Part shown: one piece after another, positions 13,979-29,248 of the stretch | Layout of the letters: each line of letters begins with the position of its first letter | How positions within the stretch are numbered: the first letter of the stretch is position 1 | Assembly (NCBI RefSeq): GCF_009914755.1 | Contig: NC_060928.1 | DNA from: the human T2T-CHM13v2.0 reference genome, Homo sapiens | Length of the DNA stretch: 64,000 nucleotides | Direction: 5' to 3' (one strand) | The notes under the pieces: model-generated | What the model saw: the letters and a program-made list of their open reading frames with translations, nothing else | What the model was told of the DNA's origin: nothing | Database searches by the model: none | Translations under genes and position numbers: made by a program

Positions 13979-14977
13979 CAAATTTGCCTTGAACAAGTTA
14001 TCTCTGGCTCTGTGTTTAGGCAACACCTATTGATGTGATCTCTAGGCACCTTACTAAGAATATTGTGCCAGCATTCTGCCTTTAAGACCAGGAAAACAGA
14101 GCACAATGAGGATTTAAGTATGAGAACAACCTCCTTGCTTATATCACTTATTATAAATCTTTTATTTGACAAAATTCTTCTTATAGATTATTTTTAGTAC
14201 TAGAATTAGAAAACCTAATGAAGTTTAGATCACTACGAGTTCATATGCAATGTCATGTGTAGATAAATTAATTGAAGGTGCTTTATAAACTAAGAATATC
14301 CCATTTTTTCTAAAACACCCTTTTCATAAAACACACTTCCAAGTTTCTATACTTTTCACTGAAAACTGCAAGGGCTCACTGATTATGGGGATTTGAGCCA
14401 ATCATGAAGTAAGTCTCTGGCAGGCTTATCTGTAACTAACACTGATATCACTTGAATTCAGGGGATGGCAAATAGGGCCATGATGTTGGTCTTAAGAATT
14501 TTAATCCTTTTTCAAAAGAACTGTGAATGACCAGCTATGTTAAAATAAAAGACTAGAAAGTTGGCTCTGGGGAAAGAAACCTCACAAAACAACATCCCTG
14601 TTAAAGAAATGTCAAATCTCTTAAAAAAAAAAAAACAACTAAATTTGCATAATATTCAAGGAATTCTAGCAATATTAAATAATTTGTGAAACAAGTTTTT
14701 AAAGGGCATAATACATGCTTTGTATACTGGACTTGTGTTTTATAAACCCTAACTCTTTGTTTGCCAGGTTATATGTTGGAATGTAAGAAGAAATACCAAA
14801 TTTGGTACTTTCTGTGAGACATTTGGGTTTTCTTTGCTCTTTATTTAACATAATGTGAGTCTACATAAAATGCCTCATACCGTAGTATTTTGTGCTTGGA
14901 AGGAGAATTCATCTTCTCTGGGTGTAGAGAGGAGAAGTGGATTAAAATAGTATTAGAAATAGATTTCAAATGCAAAT

Positions 14978-15370
14978 ACAGGCACTCCTTGACTTAAGAT
15001 GGGGCTATGTCATGATAAATCCATTGTAAGTTGAAAATATCATAAGTCAAAAATGCATTTAAGACAACTAATCTATCAAACATAGCTTAGCCTAATTTAC
15101 CTTAAATGTGCTCAGAACACTTGTATTAGCCTAAAGTTGGGCAAAATCATCTAGCAGCACAGTACACTGTATATTACAGGGTGTTTAACCTCAAGATCAT
15201 TTGGCTAACTGGGAGCTGCAACTTACTGCCACTGCCCAACATCCTGCAAGAGAGTAGCATTACACTGTGTATCGCACTCTGGGAAAAAATCAAAATTCAA
15301 AATTCAAAGTATGATTTTTATTAACTGTATCACTTTTGTGGAATCTTCCTAAATTGAGGACATTTTGTAA
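14978..15370 (+). mobile_element. MER47 (Tigger5-derived, TcMar) element
   Basis: TA-CAGGCACTCCTTGACTTAAGATGGGG...CCTTAAATGTGCTCAGAACAC...GTTGGGCAAAATCATCT...AAAATTCAAAATTCAAAGTA. Confidence 0.75.
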
Positions 15371-15489
15371 TCATTTTCAAGATGTTTGTATTAAAATAAG
15401 TTAAATATACTGTTTAACCCAAAGTGAAGAGATGGGTTCTTAGAGAAAACATCTTGAGAACAATCCGGAAAGTGATTGTTATTCTTTGT

Positions 15490-16315
15490 TGGTAGAGCAG
15501 GAAAGGGCATTCCTGGAAGAGAAAGCACCTAAACAAGAGCATAGAAATGTAAAGCAACCTGGAGATCTAGGGGGAACTGCAAGCTTTTTGATATGGCAGG
15601 AGCAAGGAACATGTTTGTCATGGCTGAGGAGGGGCCCCACCAAGCAACAGTATGAAGATGTAATCAAGGGCCAGATAATGAATGGCAGTTTAAGTACCAT
15701 TGAGGTGTTAGTGATTTATCCTGGAGGGAGGCATCAAAAGGTTTCCAAACAGGAAAACAGCATGATCTGTTGCTTTTGTACTATTGGTTTTGGTAGCAAT
15801 GTAGAGGATGGAATGGAAGCTTGTGAGACTAGGGCAAAAAGAACTAAGAAAACAGCACGATAATATAGAAAAAAAAAAACAAGGAACAGTGTTAATAGAG
15901 GGCCATCCAATTGAATGTATGAGGTGGAGGAAGGTGAGAATGGAAACTAAGGTGATGTGCTGGGTGGGGAGGGGCCAAGAAAGAGGATACAGGAAGAGAG
16001 TGCTTTGCAGGAAAACGTTTGTTTCACTTTCAATTTGTTGCCTTCAAAATATTCAGAACATGTTGCTCTGGAGCTCAGGAGAGAAGGTGAAGTAAAGATC
16101 TGAATTCGGCAACTCGGAAGCGAAGCTCCAATCTTGAGGATGGATCAGATTGGTGAGGGAGACTGTCATATAGAGTGAGAAGAGAGATCCAAGGACAGAA
16201 CTGCAGGAAGCATCAATATTTGAGGAATGAGAAAGGAAGAAAAGCCTCCCACAAAAGAGATGAGACAAGAGGAATGGTTACACAGGTAGGAAGAGAAGCA
16301 GAGATGAATGGTGTC
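15490..16315 (-). mobile_element. L2 fragment (hosts candidate alternative SYNPO2 first exon)
   Basis: GAGCTCAGGAGAGAAG...AGAGTGAGAAGAGAGATCCAAGGACAGAAC...CAGGTAGGAAGAGAAGCAGAG..TGGTGTC resembles reverse L2 body. Confidence 0.6.
16274..16285 (+). CDS. SYNPO2: Candidate coding end of a distal alternative first exon of SYNPO2 (MVTQ)
   Basis: GGA-ATG-G Kozak, ATG GTT ACA CAG then GTAGGA donor at 16286, phase 0 and same donor hexamer as main exon 1; matches my recollection of an annotated upstream-start isoform, which I cannot verify here. Confidence 0.5.
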
Positions 16316-16597
16316 CTCTTTATATTTCAATCACCTGAACTCATTACTCATTATTGCCTGCGAATATCAGGTGCTTCACTGTTTCTCAGCTTTTACTCAT
16401 ACCTTTCATCTTTTCAAAAGGAGTTTTAAAATCCTACTCACTTTTCAGAGTCTTAGTGGAATACCAGGTCTTTCGTCAGAACTTTCCTGACTGTTATCAC
16501 GATCTTTCTTCCTCACATTGTCCTAGTAACCCCAGCATCATGAAATTGAATACAATTACATTATTTAAGACAGTCTTTCAACAACTTTTTGGTCTCA

Positions 16598-16891
<294 letters not shown>

Positions 16892-17456
16892 TTATATAAG
16901 ATATAGCTATCGATATTATGGAATAAAACAATTAAAACTCATTGTTACAATATTTATTAACTTATTTAAAATAGCAATAATGTCATTGCATGTCAATGTA
17001 AGTAACATTTTGATTAAAAATACTGTATTTTTTAAAACAGAAAAATGTAGTGAGAATAGTGGCATTATTTTACATTTTTTCAAATCTCTTTAATGTCTTG
17101 CTTAATAGAACACAGCTGGATTATCATAACCACCTCTATATTCAATCTATTGTGATGTACCATTTTGGTGGAAGTATGGAAAAAAAATCCACTCTCATAC
17201 AGGGATGTAGTTGGTGGGGGAAAGGGCATATTTTAATAGTCTTTTCAGAAAACTGTGGATATTCTTTGATACCACACCAAAACTCAGCAAGAGTTTTTTT
17301 TTCCCCTAAAGGTTAATTGCAATGTGGAATCTGAAACCATAGCAAGAAAGTTTTCTAACTGTTATATTAAAATTCATTGGTCTATCATACAATTTGGTGA
17401 ATTTGAATGATTTTGCAACATCACACATTTGTCACTTAGAAAATATTGATTTGCCG

Positions 17457-18226
17457 TATAAAAAAAGCTCAATATCACGGACCATTAGGGAAATGCAAAT
17501 CAAAACCACAATGAGCTGCCATCTCACACTAGTCAGAATGGCTGTTGTTAAAGAGAAAAAATAACAGATCCTGGAGAGATTGTGGAGAAAAAGGAACGTT
17601 TATACATTGTCTGTGGGAGTGTAAATTAGTTCAACCATTGTGGAAGACAGTGTGGTGATTCCTCAAAGACCTAAAGACAGAAATACCACTTGACCCAGCA
17701 ATCTCATTACTGAGTATATATACAAAGGAATATAAATCATTCTATCATAAAGAAACACGCACACGTATGTTCATTACAGCAGTATTCGCAATAGCAAAGA
17801 CACAGAATCAACCTAAATGCCCATCAGTGACAGATTGGATAAAGAAAATGTGGTACATATACACCATGGAATACTATTGCAGCCATAAAAAAAGAACAGT
17901 ATCATGTCTTTTGCAGGGACATGGATGAATCTGGAGGCCATTATCCTCAGCAAACTAACACAGGAACAGAAAACCAAATACCACATGTTCTTATAAGTGG
18001 GAGCTAAATGATGAGAACACATGGACACATAGAGGGGAACAACACACACTGGGGCCTATTGGAGGCTGGAGGGTGGGAGGAGGGAGAGAATCAGGAAAAA
18101 TAACTAATGGGTACTAGGCTTAATACCGGAGTGACAAAATAATCTGTACAACAAACCCCATTACACAAGTTTACCTATATAACAAACCTACACAAGTACC
18201 CCTGAACTTAAAAGTTAAATTTAAAA
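17457..18226 (+). mobile_element. L1PA (older, ~PA11-14) 3' fragment
   Basis: GGGAAATGCAAATCAAAACCACAATGAG...ATAAGTGGGAGCTAAATGATGAGAACAC...CCCTGAACTTAAAAG; TSD AAA(T/C)ATTGATTT. Confidence 0.9.
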
Positions 18227-18649
18227 ACATTGATTTTCTGGGTTATTCAAGTCCTCCAAATGTTGACATGTTTCATTATTACATTTTGTTAATATTACCA
18301 TCAATTTCATCAGAAAAGCTTTTAAATATTAAGAAATTGTCAAGCTCACAGTGGCAGACACAAATTTTCCAAATTCATATTTTTACTTGAAAGCTCAAGT
18401 TTTATCATTGGCAAGAAACACAAGAGTTTTTTTCTTTGATGTAAGAGGATCACTTCGTTAATTTTCAAGAAAATGTCATGCCATTCTCCTGAGGAACCTA
18501 GAGATAAGAGGAGGAAGTTGACTTCATTCCTATTTGTATTTTCCTTTCAGCTCATAGCAAAAGTTCTGGGGCTTAGTAGGTTCTCAACAGATGTTTGTAG
18601 ATTTGAATTGAATTTATTTCCATTGTGAATTTAAACTGCTGTAAGTGTT

Positions 18650-21060
18650 TCATTATGACCCAGTTTGCCCAAGATGATCCCCACTTATGTTTATTCTCTT
18701 CATATACCATCAAATTTAGGATATTTCCCCCCCTCCTGATTTAAATAAGTAGTATTAAGCATTGCAACAAAATGTCGGCATGAATTTGATGGACCTAAAC
18801 TTGGCAATTGCAATTTCTATTCTAGGTTCACCCAGAAGTGTGAGACTATGGTTCAGAAAACAGAACTCTCATCTTAACCCATATAAAGACAGAGATAAGC
18901 CTATCTCTCTAGTTTAGAACTTTTCTAACTGCAGAATAATTAATGCCTCCTGTTCAGGACAGTATGCAGAGTCATAACTGGTAAAACAATGTACATTTGG
19001 ACTCAAGTGGCTAGGGTGAGTTAAATCCTTCTGGTCTTAGGGGTAGCGGGAGAAGTATTCAACATCATTGCCTCCTACAGTCTTGGCATTGTAGCCAATT
19101 ATGCCATGGCCTGTGCTGCAAGACTCAATATGTAAGAAGCTGCCAGGCTACCAGGCTGCCAATTAGCAGTGTCATGGGGAAATGTGGGAAATTACAGATT
19201 AGGTGTACATGGAATATGTGCAGGAAAGAGGCTGGATACCATACTTTGTACAGAGAGTGGTCTGACGCTATTGCAATAGCCATTTTGTGACTATCCTATG
19301 GTGTAAACCTTTCATATGTTATTTTGTTGTCAATGCTTTTTTAAAAAAATGCAATAAACTCTCCTGGCAGCAATGAACCAAAAGCTAAGAATATTTAGTG
19401 AAAAATTAAGTACTGAGTTTCTGTTTCTCCAAAAAGCTAATGATAAAAGTGTCACTTAGAAAAATGTTGAAATTTCCCATCCAGCAATGGAACATAACTG
19501 CTAATTACACAAAAAACAAAGAATCTGCTTCAGAAGTTAATGTTACCTTAAGATAATTGTACCTGCCCAGAGATCATGATTTAACATGTACAGCTGCAGA
19601 AAGTGTATTTACGTGTCACTCTGTGAAGCATGACTTTCCATTTGTTGATTTCAGAGCCCAAGTTTTCTTGTAAACATATAAAAAGTAAAGCAATAGCTAT
19701 CATTTTATTGGTTCCATTAATAGAATAACTTCACAAATTGTTAAATGATAAGAATTTTATAGCAACATATTAGATGCTGCAAATAGAAAACCAGCTAATT
19801 CAAAATAGTTCAATTTTTTTTCTATATGAATCAAGGAATCAAAGTAAAACTAGTTTAATTTCATTCTGTCAAGAAACAGCTGATACTATTGTTAAAGCCA
19901 TTGTAAATTTACTTTAAAAGTTCAGCATTGAAGATAAAATTATTTGCTTCTGCAGCAATAAAATCAATACGAATTTTAGTGAAACATCTTGTCATTATAA
20001 AAACAATATTCCACCAAATTAACAAACATATAAAGGAGGAATTATGCTTATAATTGGTTGTGGTACATCAAAAAATGCATAATGGCATCCTGAAAGAGCT
20101 AACAACTGAAATTGAAGTTATAGTTGTCAAATTTTATAAATACTTTGTACATACACACAGAGTAATTGAACTATATAATTTGTATACACCTAATTTTGAA
20201 ATAAAAAATAATTCAGATGCAGCACAGAAGTAGGTACTTTCTCCTTTACTACTCATTATTAATCAAATTTAAAATGCTTGAGCCCTTAACATTTTTGTAA
20301 ATGGAGCTAAGTGTTATATGATAATATCAAACTCACTTGCAAGTGTTCAAAATCAAAACTGTCAGTAAATAGAGTGCCCAGATTCAGCTAGTGAAGTGTT
20401 TAGCAAGTTGCAATGAATGACAACAATATTTGCAAACAGGATGACGTTCCAATTTATTTTTACTAAAGCAAAAAAAAAAAAGATAACACATTAAATAAGG
20501 TTCAAGTGATGGGCAAAATTTGACTTTGAAATTTGATGGTAGATCTTTGGAATATTTTGACTCATTAAAAGAATCTTTTGATAAATCTTCTATTTTTAGT
20601 TGGAAAAAATTCTCTGTGCTGAAATAGAATGAAATTTAAGAGAATCTAAATTTGGTAAGCATTCAAAAGAATCTCACAGACAATTTGCTTGACGAATTAT
20701 TTATTGAAATAATTACTCTCAATGGAGGCAAAAAGACAGTAATTGTGAAAATATTTTAACTGAGATATTAGTATTTTTCAATACAAAGCAATCATAATTG
20801 AGAATATTCTCAATTTAGGATTACTTTTTATCTGAGTAGATATCGCACAACTGTAGAGAGAATATTTTCATATTAAATGTAGTTTCATTGAAAGAGAATA
20901 ATCAATTGAAGGTGTCAATAATTTCAAATACATTAACCATTAAAATGCCACTTTAAATATTGCCAGTAACTTTGTGAAGCCATACAAAATAATTAGACTA
21001 TAGTAAAATAAAATATTTTTCAGGAAAATGTCAGTGACATGATATTAGAGATGTTTATGA
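18650..21060 (+). mobile_element. Degenerate hAT-Blackjack-type DNA transposon with fossil transposase
   Basis: Broken-frame translation gives AAESVFTCHSVKHDF (~19593), KFSCKHIKSKAI, LDAANRK (~19770), ETADTIV..KFSIEDKIICFCSNKINTNF (19873), EIEVIVVKFYKYF, VERIFS (20853). Confidence 0.65.
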
Positions 21061-21279
21061 CTAAGAAACTGATTGAAGTAGGTGAAGATGTCATAACAAT
21101 AATTATTGTCTATATCATTTTTACTGTCTATTGATTATTTCTTTAGAGATATAACTTACATAAAGCCCCCCAGACTTACAACTTAATGATTTCTTGCACA
21201 CATATATACTTGTGCAGGCAGCACTCAGATCTCTCTCCCTCTTTCTCTTTCTTTTTCCCTTTTTCTTTTTCTGTCTATA

Positions 21280-21585
21280 AAATCCAGCTCAAATATAATT
21301 TCTTCTCTTGGCAGTGTTTCATAAGCAGCCTTCTCATCAGAACTCCCAGAAAAATTCTTTGTTTATCTTCTGGGATACCATAACATAGTGGATCTATTAT
21401 ACTTCTCTTCTAGCCCATGTTGTATGGTATATTGTGATTTGCATTTATACCTGGCCCCACAGCTAGTCAGCGAGTCATTTGAGGGTAGGAGCCATATATA
21501 TTTTTTCAGCTTTATCCTAAGTGCCTAGCACTGTGTGCAAGTAACATATTCGGTGCTCAGAAAATGTCCTATCAAATGAATTATC
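21280..21585 (+). mobile_element. L2 3' end
   Basis: TTTGAGGGTAGGAGCCAT...AGTGCCTAGCACTGTG...GGTGCTCAGAAAATG..AAATGAAT. Confidence 0.6.
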
Positions 21586-21849
21586 TCTTTAGTTATTGTT
21601 ATCATCTAATAGGGTTAAATACATTGTTGGCTCTCAATAATTATTTTTTGAAGTAAGTAACCCAATATCTTCTTGTTCATTGGAGTTTATGCATACTAGT
21701 TTTGAGATACATACAGATTTATTAGGGGGGATTATAAAACCTAACCGAGGATAATGAAGGCCTCCTTACCAGCAAAACTTCGCACTAAGCCATGGTTTAT
21801 AGTGGAATGCACATAAATTACTCCAGATTATTATTTCGAATATATATGC

Positions 21850-22152
21850 TATTTTATTTTATTTTATTTCATTTTATTTTATGTTTATTGACTTTTTTTT
21901 GAGACAGGGTCTCGCTCTGTTGCCCAGGCTGAAGTGCTCACTGCAGCCTCAATCTCAAGTCATCCTTCCACCTCTGCCTCCTGAGTAGCTGGGACCACAG
22001 GCACATATCATCACACTTGGCTAATTATTTTATTTTTTGTAGATGGCATCTCCTGATGTTGCCCAGGCTGGTCCCGAACTCCTGGGCTCAAGCGATCTGC
22101 TTGCCTTGGTGTCCCAAAGTGCTGGGATTACAGGCGTGAGCCACACCTGGCC
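21850..22152 (-). mobile_element. AluJ with internal deletions and (ATTTT)n tail
   Basis: Reverse Alu with GAACTCCTGGGCTCAAGCG. Confidence 0.88.
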
Positions 22153-25100
22153 TATATTTTTAAAAATAGTGTTTCTTCTTCTATTGTTGGTAAGAGGAAG
22201 AAAAATGCAAAGAACCTTCAATTGAATAGAAATAATGGACGTTCTCTCTTTCTTTTCATTCTGTATGGTATTTTAAGTAAAGAATATGAATTTACTTTGC
22301 TTTTAAAACATCAATAAAAGCTCTTTATTCATAAATGTATTCTTTATAAGTATAGCCCACAGTATAGACTTTTATATTTATAATTTAAAAGAAAATATTG
22401 GCATCAAAATAATTTATTAATAAATATATAATCAAGCTACTTATATGATGATAGTGTATTAAACTCAGCAATTGCCACAGGATCTATCATCCATGAATGC
22501 TGTAACCCTTTTCCAAACACTAAAAACACAAAATACAGGTAAGTATTTATTCTCTTATCTTCTGTATTGAAGGCACGGAATAATTTAACAAAGAAGTGCA
22601 AAAGAAACACTAAATGTGGGGAAATTCTTCATTTTGGGAAATTATTAGTAGTAGGGCATATCCAGCCACGTACAGCAACACCATTCCCCGAGAAACTTCG
22701 TAAAATGATGACCATATTAAACTGAGGACAGGACAAAGGTAATAGCTGTACATATTGTCTAACATACAAATAAATGATAACCTCAAAGGCTAGCAAAGAC
22801 ACTGTAAATTAATAGTAGATGGATTGCATTTGTCAGGAAAAGCCTTTGATGAAAAAATTTCTATACTTGCCAGTAAAGAACCACACAGAGCATATGGTTC
22901 ACTGAAACAAGACAGAATTTTTTTTAAAAAAATCAAACCGTAAGTAATCTGTGAAATTACTAACATTTAGAGTTTTTTCACAGATTAACATAACATGAAA
23001 ATTAGTTAAAAGAAAAGCTCTGAAATTCACTGTAAAGTTTAAGTTTGTACTTAATTTCTAATAGAGTAGAACGCTCTCGTACTAAGAGGGTCATGTAGAT
23101 TTTTCTAGAAGTATCATTTATTTGAATAGCTTTGACCATTTAGATACATTTAAAGTATTTTATTTATTATAAGGAAAGTGAATGGCTTTTTAAAGGGGAT
23201 TCTTGGCTATCTTTACAAAAAATAATTTTGGTAAAAATAGTACACAGTGAGATTGCAGGAATCAAGAAGTGTTAGTCATGCCTTGTTTACCTTGCATTTC
23301 TCTTGCTTCACTTGCACTTTCTGCTTTCATGTTATTGAAAAACACAGGGCTTTCTGGCCGTTAAGTTCTCAGGGTCCATTCTTGATTCTACGTTGGTTCT
23401 CTTTATATTCCTTTCTTCCCTGCTGTACAGGCCTTAGGGCTGTAGCCTCCTTTACAATCCTCCTTCATTAGAGAAGATGGTGACACTGCCTGGCCCTAGA
23501 TGGTGACATCTTCTCTATTGCTTGCTGGCCTTTGGCTAATTCTGGGTATGTAACAGGGAAGATAGGGTCTCTCCACCTCCCCACTTCCTTGCTGCCCTGA
23601 AAACAAGTACATTAGACACTTTTCATTTAAGTTTTACTGTTATTTATTGTGAGGGAGTCTTGAAAATAATAATCAGACTAAGAGAATTATAAAATTAAAG
23701 GGAACTTTCAACACTTTAATGCATGTTATCACCTCACAATTTCTGATATGGCTAGCAGGCCTAGAAACGCTGATGGATTCCTGTTTTGTTCTTTTATTTT
23801 GGTGGCAGATTTTATGTGTTTCTAGCCTTCCCGTGTCTAAGCTTAAAAATCCCTTTCTCTATGAAGGCCTGCCACTCCAGGATGTAGGCCTAAAGACACA
23901 GAACAACAGGGGTAAATCAGAGCCAGTGTGAGGGCACCTGTCTCAGGGCTTTCCATTCTTCCCTCCTTTTTCAATGGCCTCACAACTCACCATAGGACAG
24001 GTTCCCCTATGATATTACCACACCTGGAAGCTTTCTTTGAATAGCCATGTTTCCTGGATGACTTGGGGATAATATAAAACATAAAAAATCTAGAATGAGC
24101 AAATGTTAGTTTTTATTATTGCAAAATGCCTACTGCATCTGAGACAAAGGTTATGGGTGTCCTTATTTTAGCCTAAGGTGCTTACTTCATCAAAGTTAAT
24201 ATGTAAGTCACTAAAATACTCTTTCTCATCCAACCTTTCAAACTTCTCCAAGTTTTATATCCATCCTGCCCCCACATCATAACCACCCACATCCCATGAT
24301 AAGTAGTGGAGGCGTTATCTAGAAGCATGGGAGGGTGAACTTGGCTTTCAATGAAATCTTAGAGGCCAAGTCTTAAAGTTTTGGCATCTTATAACATGGA
24401 CACATCCATGAGCATGGAAAGATTCCAGATGAGTCTAGGCTTTTATCGACACCAAAGATAATGTTAGATTCTTTATCCATGTTTAGTATCAATGTGCTAA
24501 ATCAACAGCAAATTTCCATACATCCTTTGTGTCGACTAGAGGAAAAGTAAGCTCAAAAATGTTCTAAGATAAAAGCAAGTTACATTATTTTTAAATTTTT
24601 TTAAATTAAATCTTTAATTTTTAATTTTTGTGGGTACATAATAGGTGTATATATTTATGGGTTACATGAGATATTTTGATATAGGCATGTAATGCATAAT
24701 AATCACATCAGGGTAAATGGGGTATCTCTCACCTCAAGCATTTATCCTTTGTGTTTCAAATGATCCAATTCTACTCTTTAATTATTTTTAAAAGTGCGAC
24801 TAAATTATTTTTTACTCTAGTCACCTTGTCATACTAGCAAATACCAGGTCTTATTCATTATATCTAACTACTTTTTTGTACCCATTAACCATGCCCACCT
24901 CCAGCCAACCCCCTGCCACTACCCTTCCCAGCCTCTGGTAACCATCCTTCTACTCTTTGTCTCCATTAGCTCAATTGTTTTAAGTTTTAGCTCCCACAGA
25001 TAAGTGATAACATGCAATGTTTATCTTTCTGTGCCTGGCTTATTTCATGACCTCCAGTTCCATCCATGTCATTGCAAATGACTGGATTTCATTCTTTTCT

Positions 25101-25597
25101 ACGGCTGAATAGTACTCCATTGTGTATACATACCTCATTTTATTTATCCATTCATTGGTTGATGCGCCCTTCAAACATTGCTTCCAAATTTTGGCTATTG
25201 TGAATAGTGCTGCAATAAACATGAGAGTGCAGATCTCTCTTTGATATACTGATTTCCTTTCTTTTGGATGTATACCTAGGAGTGAAATTGCTAGATCATC
25301 TGGTAGCTCTATTTTTAGTTTTATGAGGACCTCCAGACTGTTCTCAATAGTGGTTGTACTAATTGCGTTCCCACCAACAGTGTACGAGGGTTTCCTTTTC
25401 TCCATATCCTTGTCAGCATTTGTGACTGCCCGTCTTTTGGATAAAAGCCATTTTAACTGGTGTGAAATGATATTGTAGTTTTGATATGCATTTCTCTGAT
25501 GATCAATAACATTAAACACCTTTTCATGCCATTTGTATGTCTTCTTTTGAGAAATGTCTATTCATATCTTTTGTGCACAACCCCCCCGCCACTTCAC

Positions 25598-26197
<600 letters not shown>

Positions 26198-26514
26198 TGA
26201 CTATTTTTAAAATCAGATTATTCTATTTTTTTTCCTATAGAGTTGTTTTAGCTTCTAACATATTCTGGTTATTAATCCCTTGTCAGATGGGTAGTTAGTA
26301 AATATTTTCTTCCATTCCATAGGTTGTCTCTTCACTTTGTTGACTGTTTCCTTTGCTGTGCAGTAGTTTTTTAACTTATATGATCTCATTTGTCTATTTT
26401 TGTTTTGGTTGCCTGTGCCTGCCAGGCATTACTTAAGAAATCTTTGCCCACTCCAATGTCCTGGAGAGTTTCCCCAATGTTTTCTTTAAACAGTTTCATA
26501 GTCTGAGCTCTTAG

Positions 26515-26812
26515 TTTTTTTGAGATGGAGTCTCACTCTGTCACCCAGGCTGGAGTGCGATCTCGACTCACTGCAACCTCCACCTCCCAGGTTCAAGCAA
26601 TTATCCTGCCTCAGCCTCCTGAGTAGCTGGGACTACAGGCACCCGCCACCACACCCGGCTAATTTTTTATTTTATTTTATTTTATTTGTATTTTTAGTAG
26701 AGGCAGGGTTTCACCATGTTAGCCACGATGGCCTTGATCTCCTGACCTTGTGTTCTGCCGGCCTCAGCCTCCCAAAGTGCTGGGATTACAGTTGTGAGCC
26801 ACTGCACCTGGC
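26515..26812 (-). mobile_element. AluS/Y in L1
   Basis: Reverse Alu; TSD TGAGCTCTTAG. Confidence 0.92.
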
Positions 26813-28049
26813 TGAGCTCTTAGATTTAAGTCTTTAAAATACATTTTGATTTGATTTTGGTGTAAGGTGAGAGATACAGGTCTAGTTTCTTTCTTCTGCA
26901 TATGGATATCCAGTTTCCCCAGCACCATTTATTGAAGAGTCTGTCCTTTCCCCAATGTATGTTCTTGACACCTTTGTCGAAAATGAGTTCACTGTAGATG
27001 TATGGATTTATTATGGCTTCTCTGTTATATTCTACTGGTGTATGTGTCTATTTTTGTGCCAATACCATGTAGTTATGATTACTACAGCTCTGTAGTGTAA
27101 TTTGAAGTCAGGTAATGTGATTCCTCCAGTTTTGTTCTTTCTGCTCAGGATAGCTTTGGCTATTCTGGGTCTTTTGTGGTTCCATATAAATTTTAGGATT
27201 TTTTTTTCTATTTCTGTGGAAAATGTTATTGATATTCAATAGCGATTGCATTAAATCTGTAGATTGCTTCAGGTAGTATGGACATTTTAACAATATTGAT
27301 TCTTCCAATCCATGAACATGGAATATCTTTCCATTTTTTTGGTGTGTCCTCTTCAATTTCTTGCATCAATGTCTTATAGTTTTCATTGTAGAGATCTTTC
27401 ACTTTTTTGGTTGATTGCTAGGTATTTTATTTGTAGCTATTGTAAATGAGATTATTTTCTTGATTTCTTTTTCATTTTGTTTGCTGTTGGCATATAAAAT
27501 GCTACTGATATTTGTATGTTGATTTTGTATCCTGCAACTTTACCAAATTTGTTTATCAGTTCTAATAGATTTTGGTGGAGTCTAGTTTTTTCCAAGTATT
27601 AGATCATATCATCTGAAACAAGGATAATTTGACTTCTTCCCTTCCAGTATGGATGCTCTTTATTTCTCTTGTCTGATTGCTCTAGCTAGGACTTCCAGTA
27701 CTATGTTGAATAACAGTGGTGACAGTGGGCATCCTTGTGGTGTTCCAGATCTTAGAGGAAAGACCTTCAATTTTTCCCCATTCAGTATGATACTAGCTAT
27801 GGATCTATCATACATAGCTTTTATTATGTTGAGGTACATACCTCCTATCCCCAGTTTTTTGAGAGTTTTTATCATGAAGGGATGTTGAATTGTATCAAAT
27901 GCTTTTTCAGCATCAATTGAAATGATCATATTATTTTTATCCTTCATTCTGCTGATATGATATACTGCATTGATTGATTTGCATATGTTGAACCATTCCT
28001 TGCATCCTTGCAATAAATCCCATTTGGTCATGATGAATGATCTTTTTAA

Positions 28050-28451
<402 letters not shown>

Positions 28452-28960
28452 TTTTTCTTTTCTTTTTTCAAATGTGTATTTGTCTGGTTTTGATATCAGG
28501 GCAATACTGGCCTCATAGATTGATTGTGGAAGTACTCCCTTCTCCTCTATTTTTCGGAATAGTTTGAGTAGGATTTGTATTTGTCCTTTAAATGTTTGAT
28601 AGACTTCAGCAGTGAAGGCTTCAGGCCCCGATCTTTTGTTTGCTGGAGGACTTTTTATTATGGCTTCAATCTTGTTATTTGTTATTGGTCTGTTCAGGGT
28701 TTGGATTTCTTCTTGGTTCAATCTTGGTAGGTTGTATGTGTCTAGGAAATTATCCATTTTTTCTAGATTTTCCAATTTATTGTCATATAGTTGCTTATAG
28801 TAGTCACTAATAATCCTTTGAATTTCTGCAGTATCATTTGGTAATGTCTCCTTTTTCATCTCTGATTTTATTTATTTGGGTCTTCTCTCTTTTTTCTTAC
28901 TCTGCTAATGTTTGTCAATTTTGCTTAACTTTTCAAAAAATCAACTTTTTGTTTCATTGA

Positions 28961-29248
<288 letters not shown>

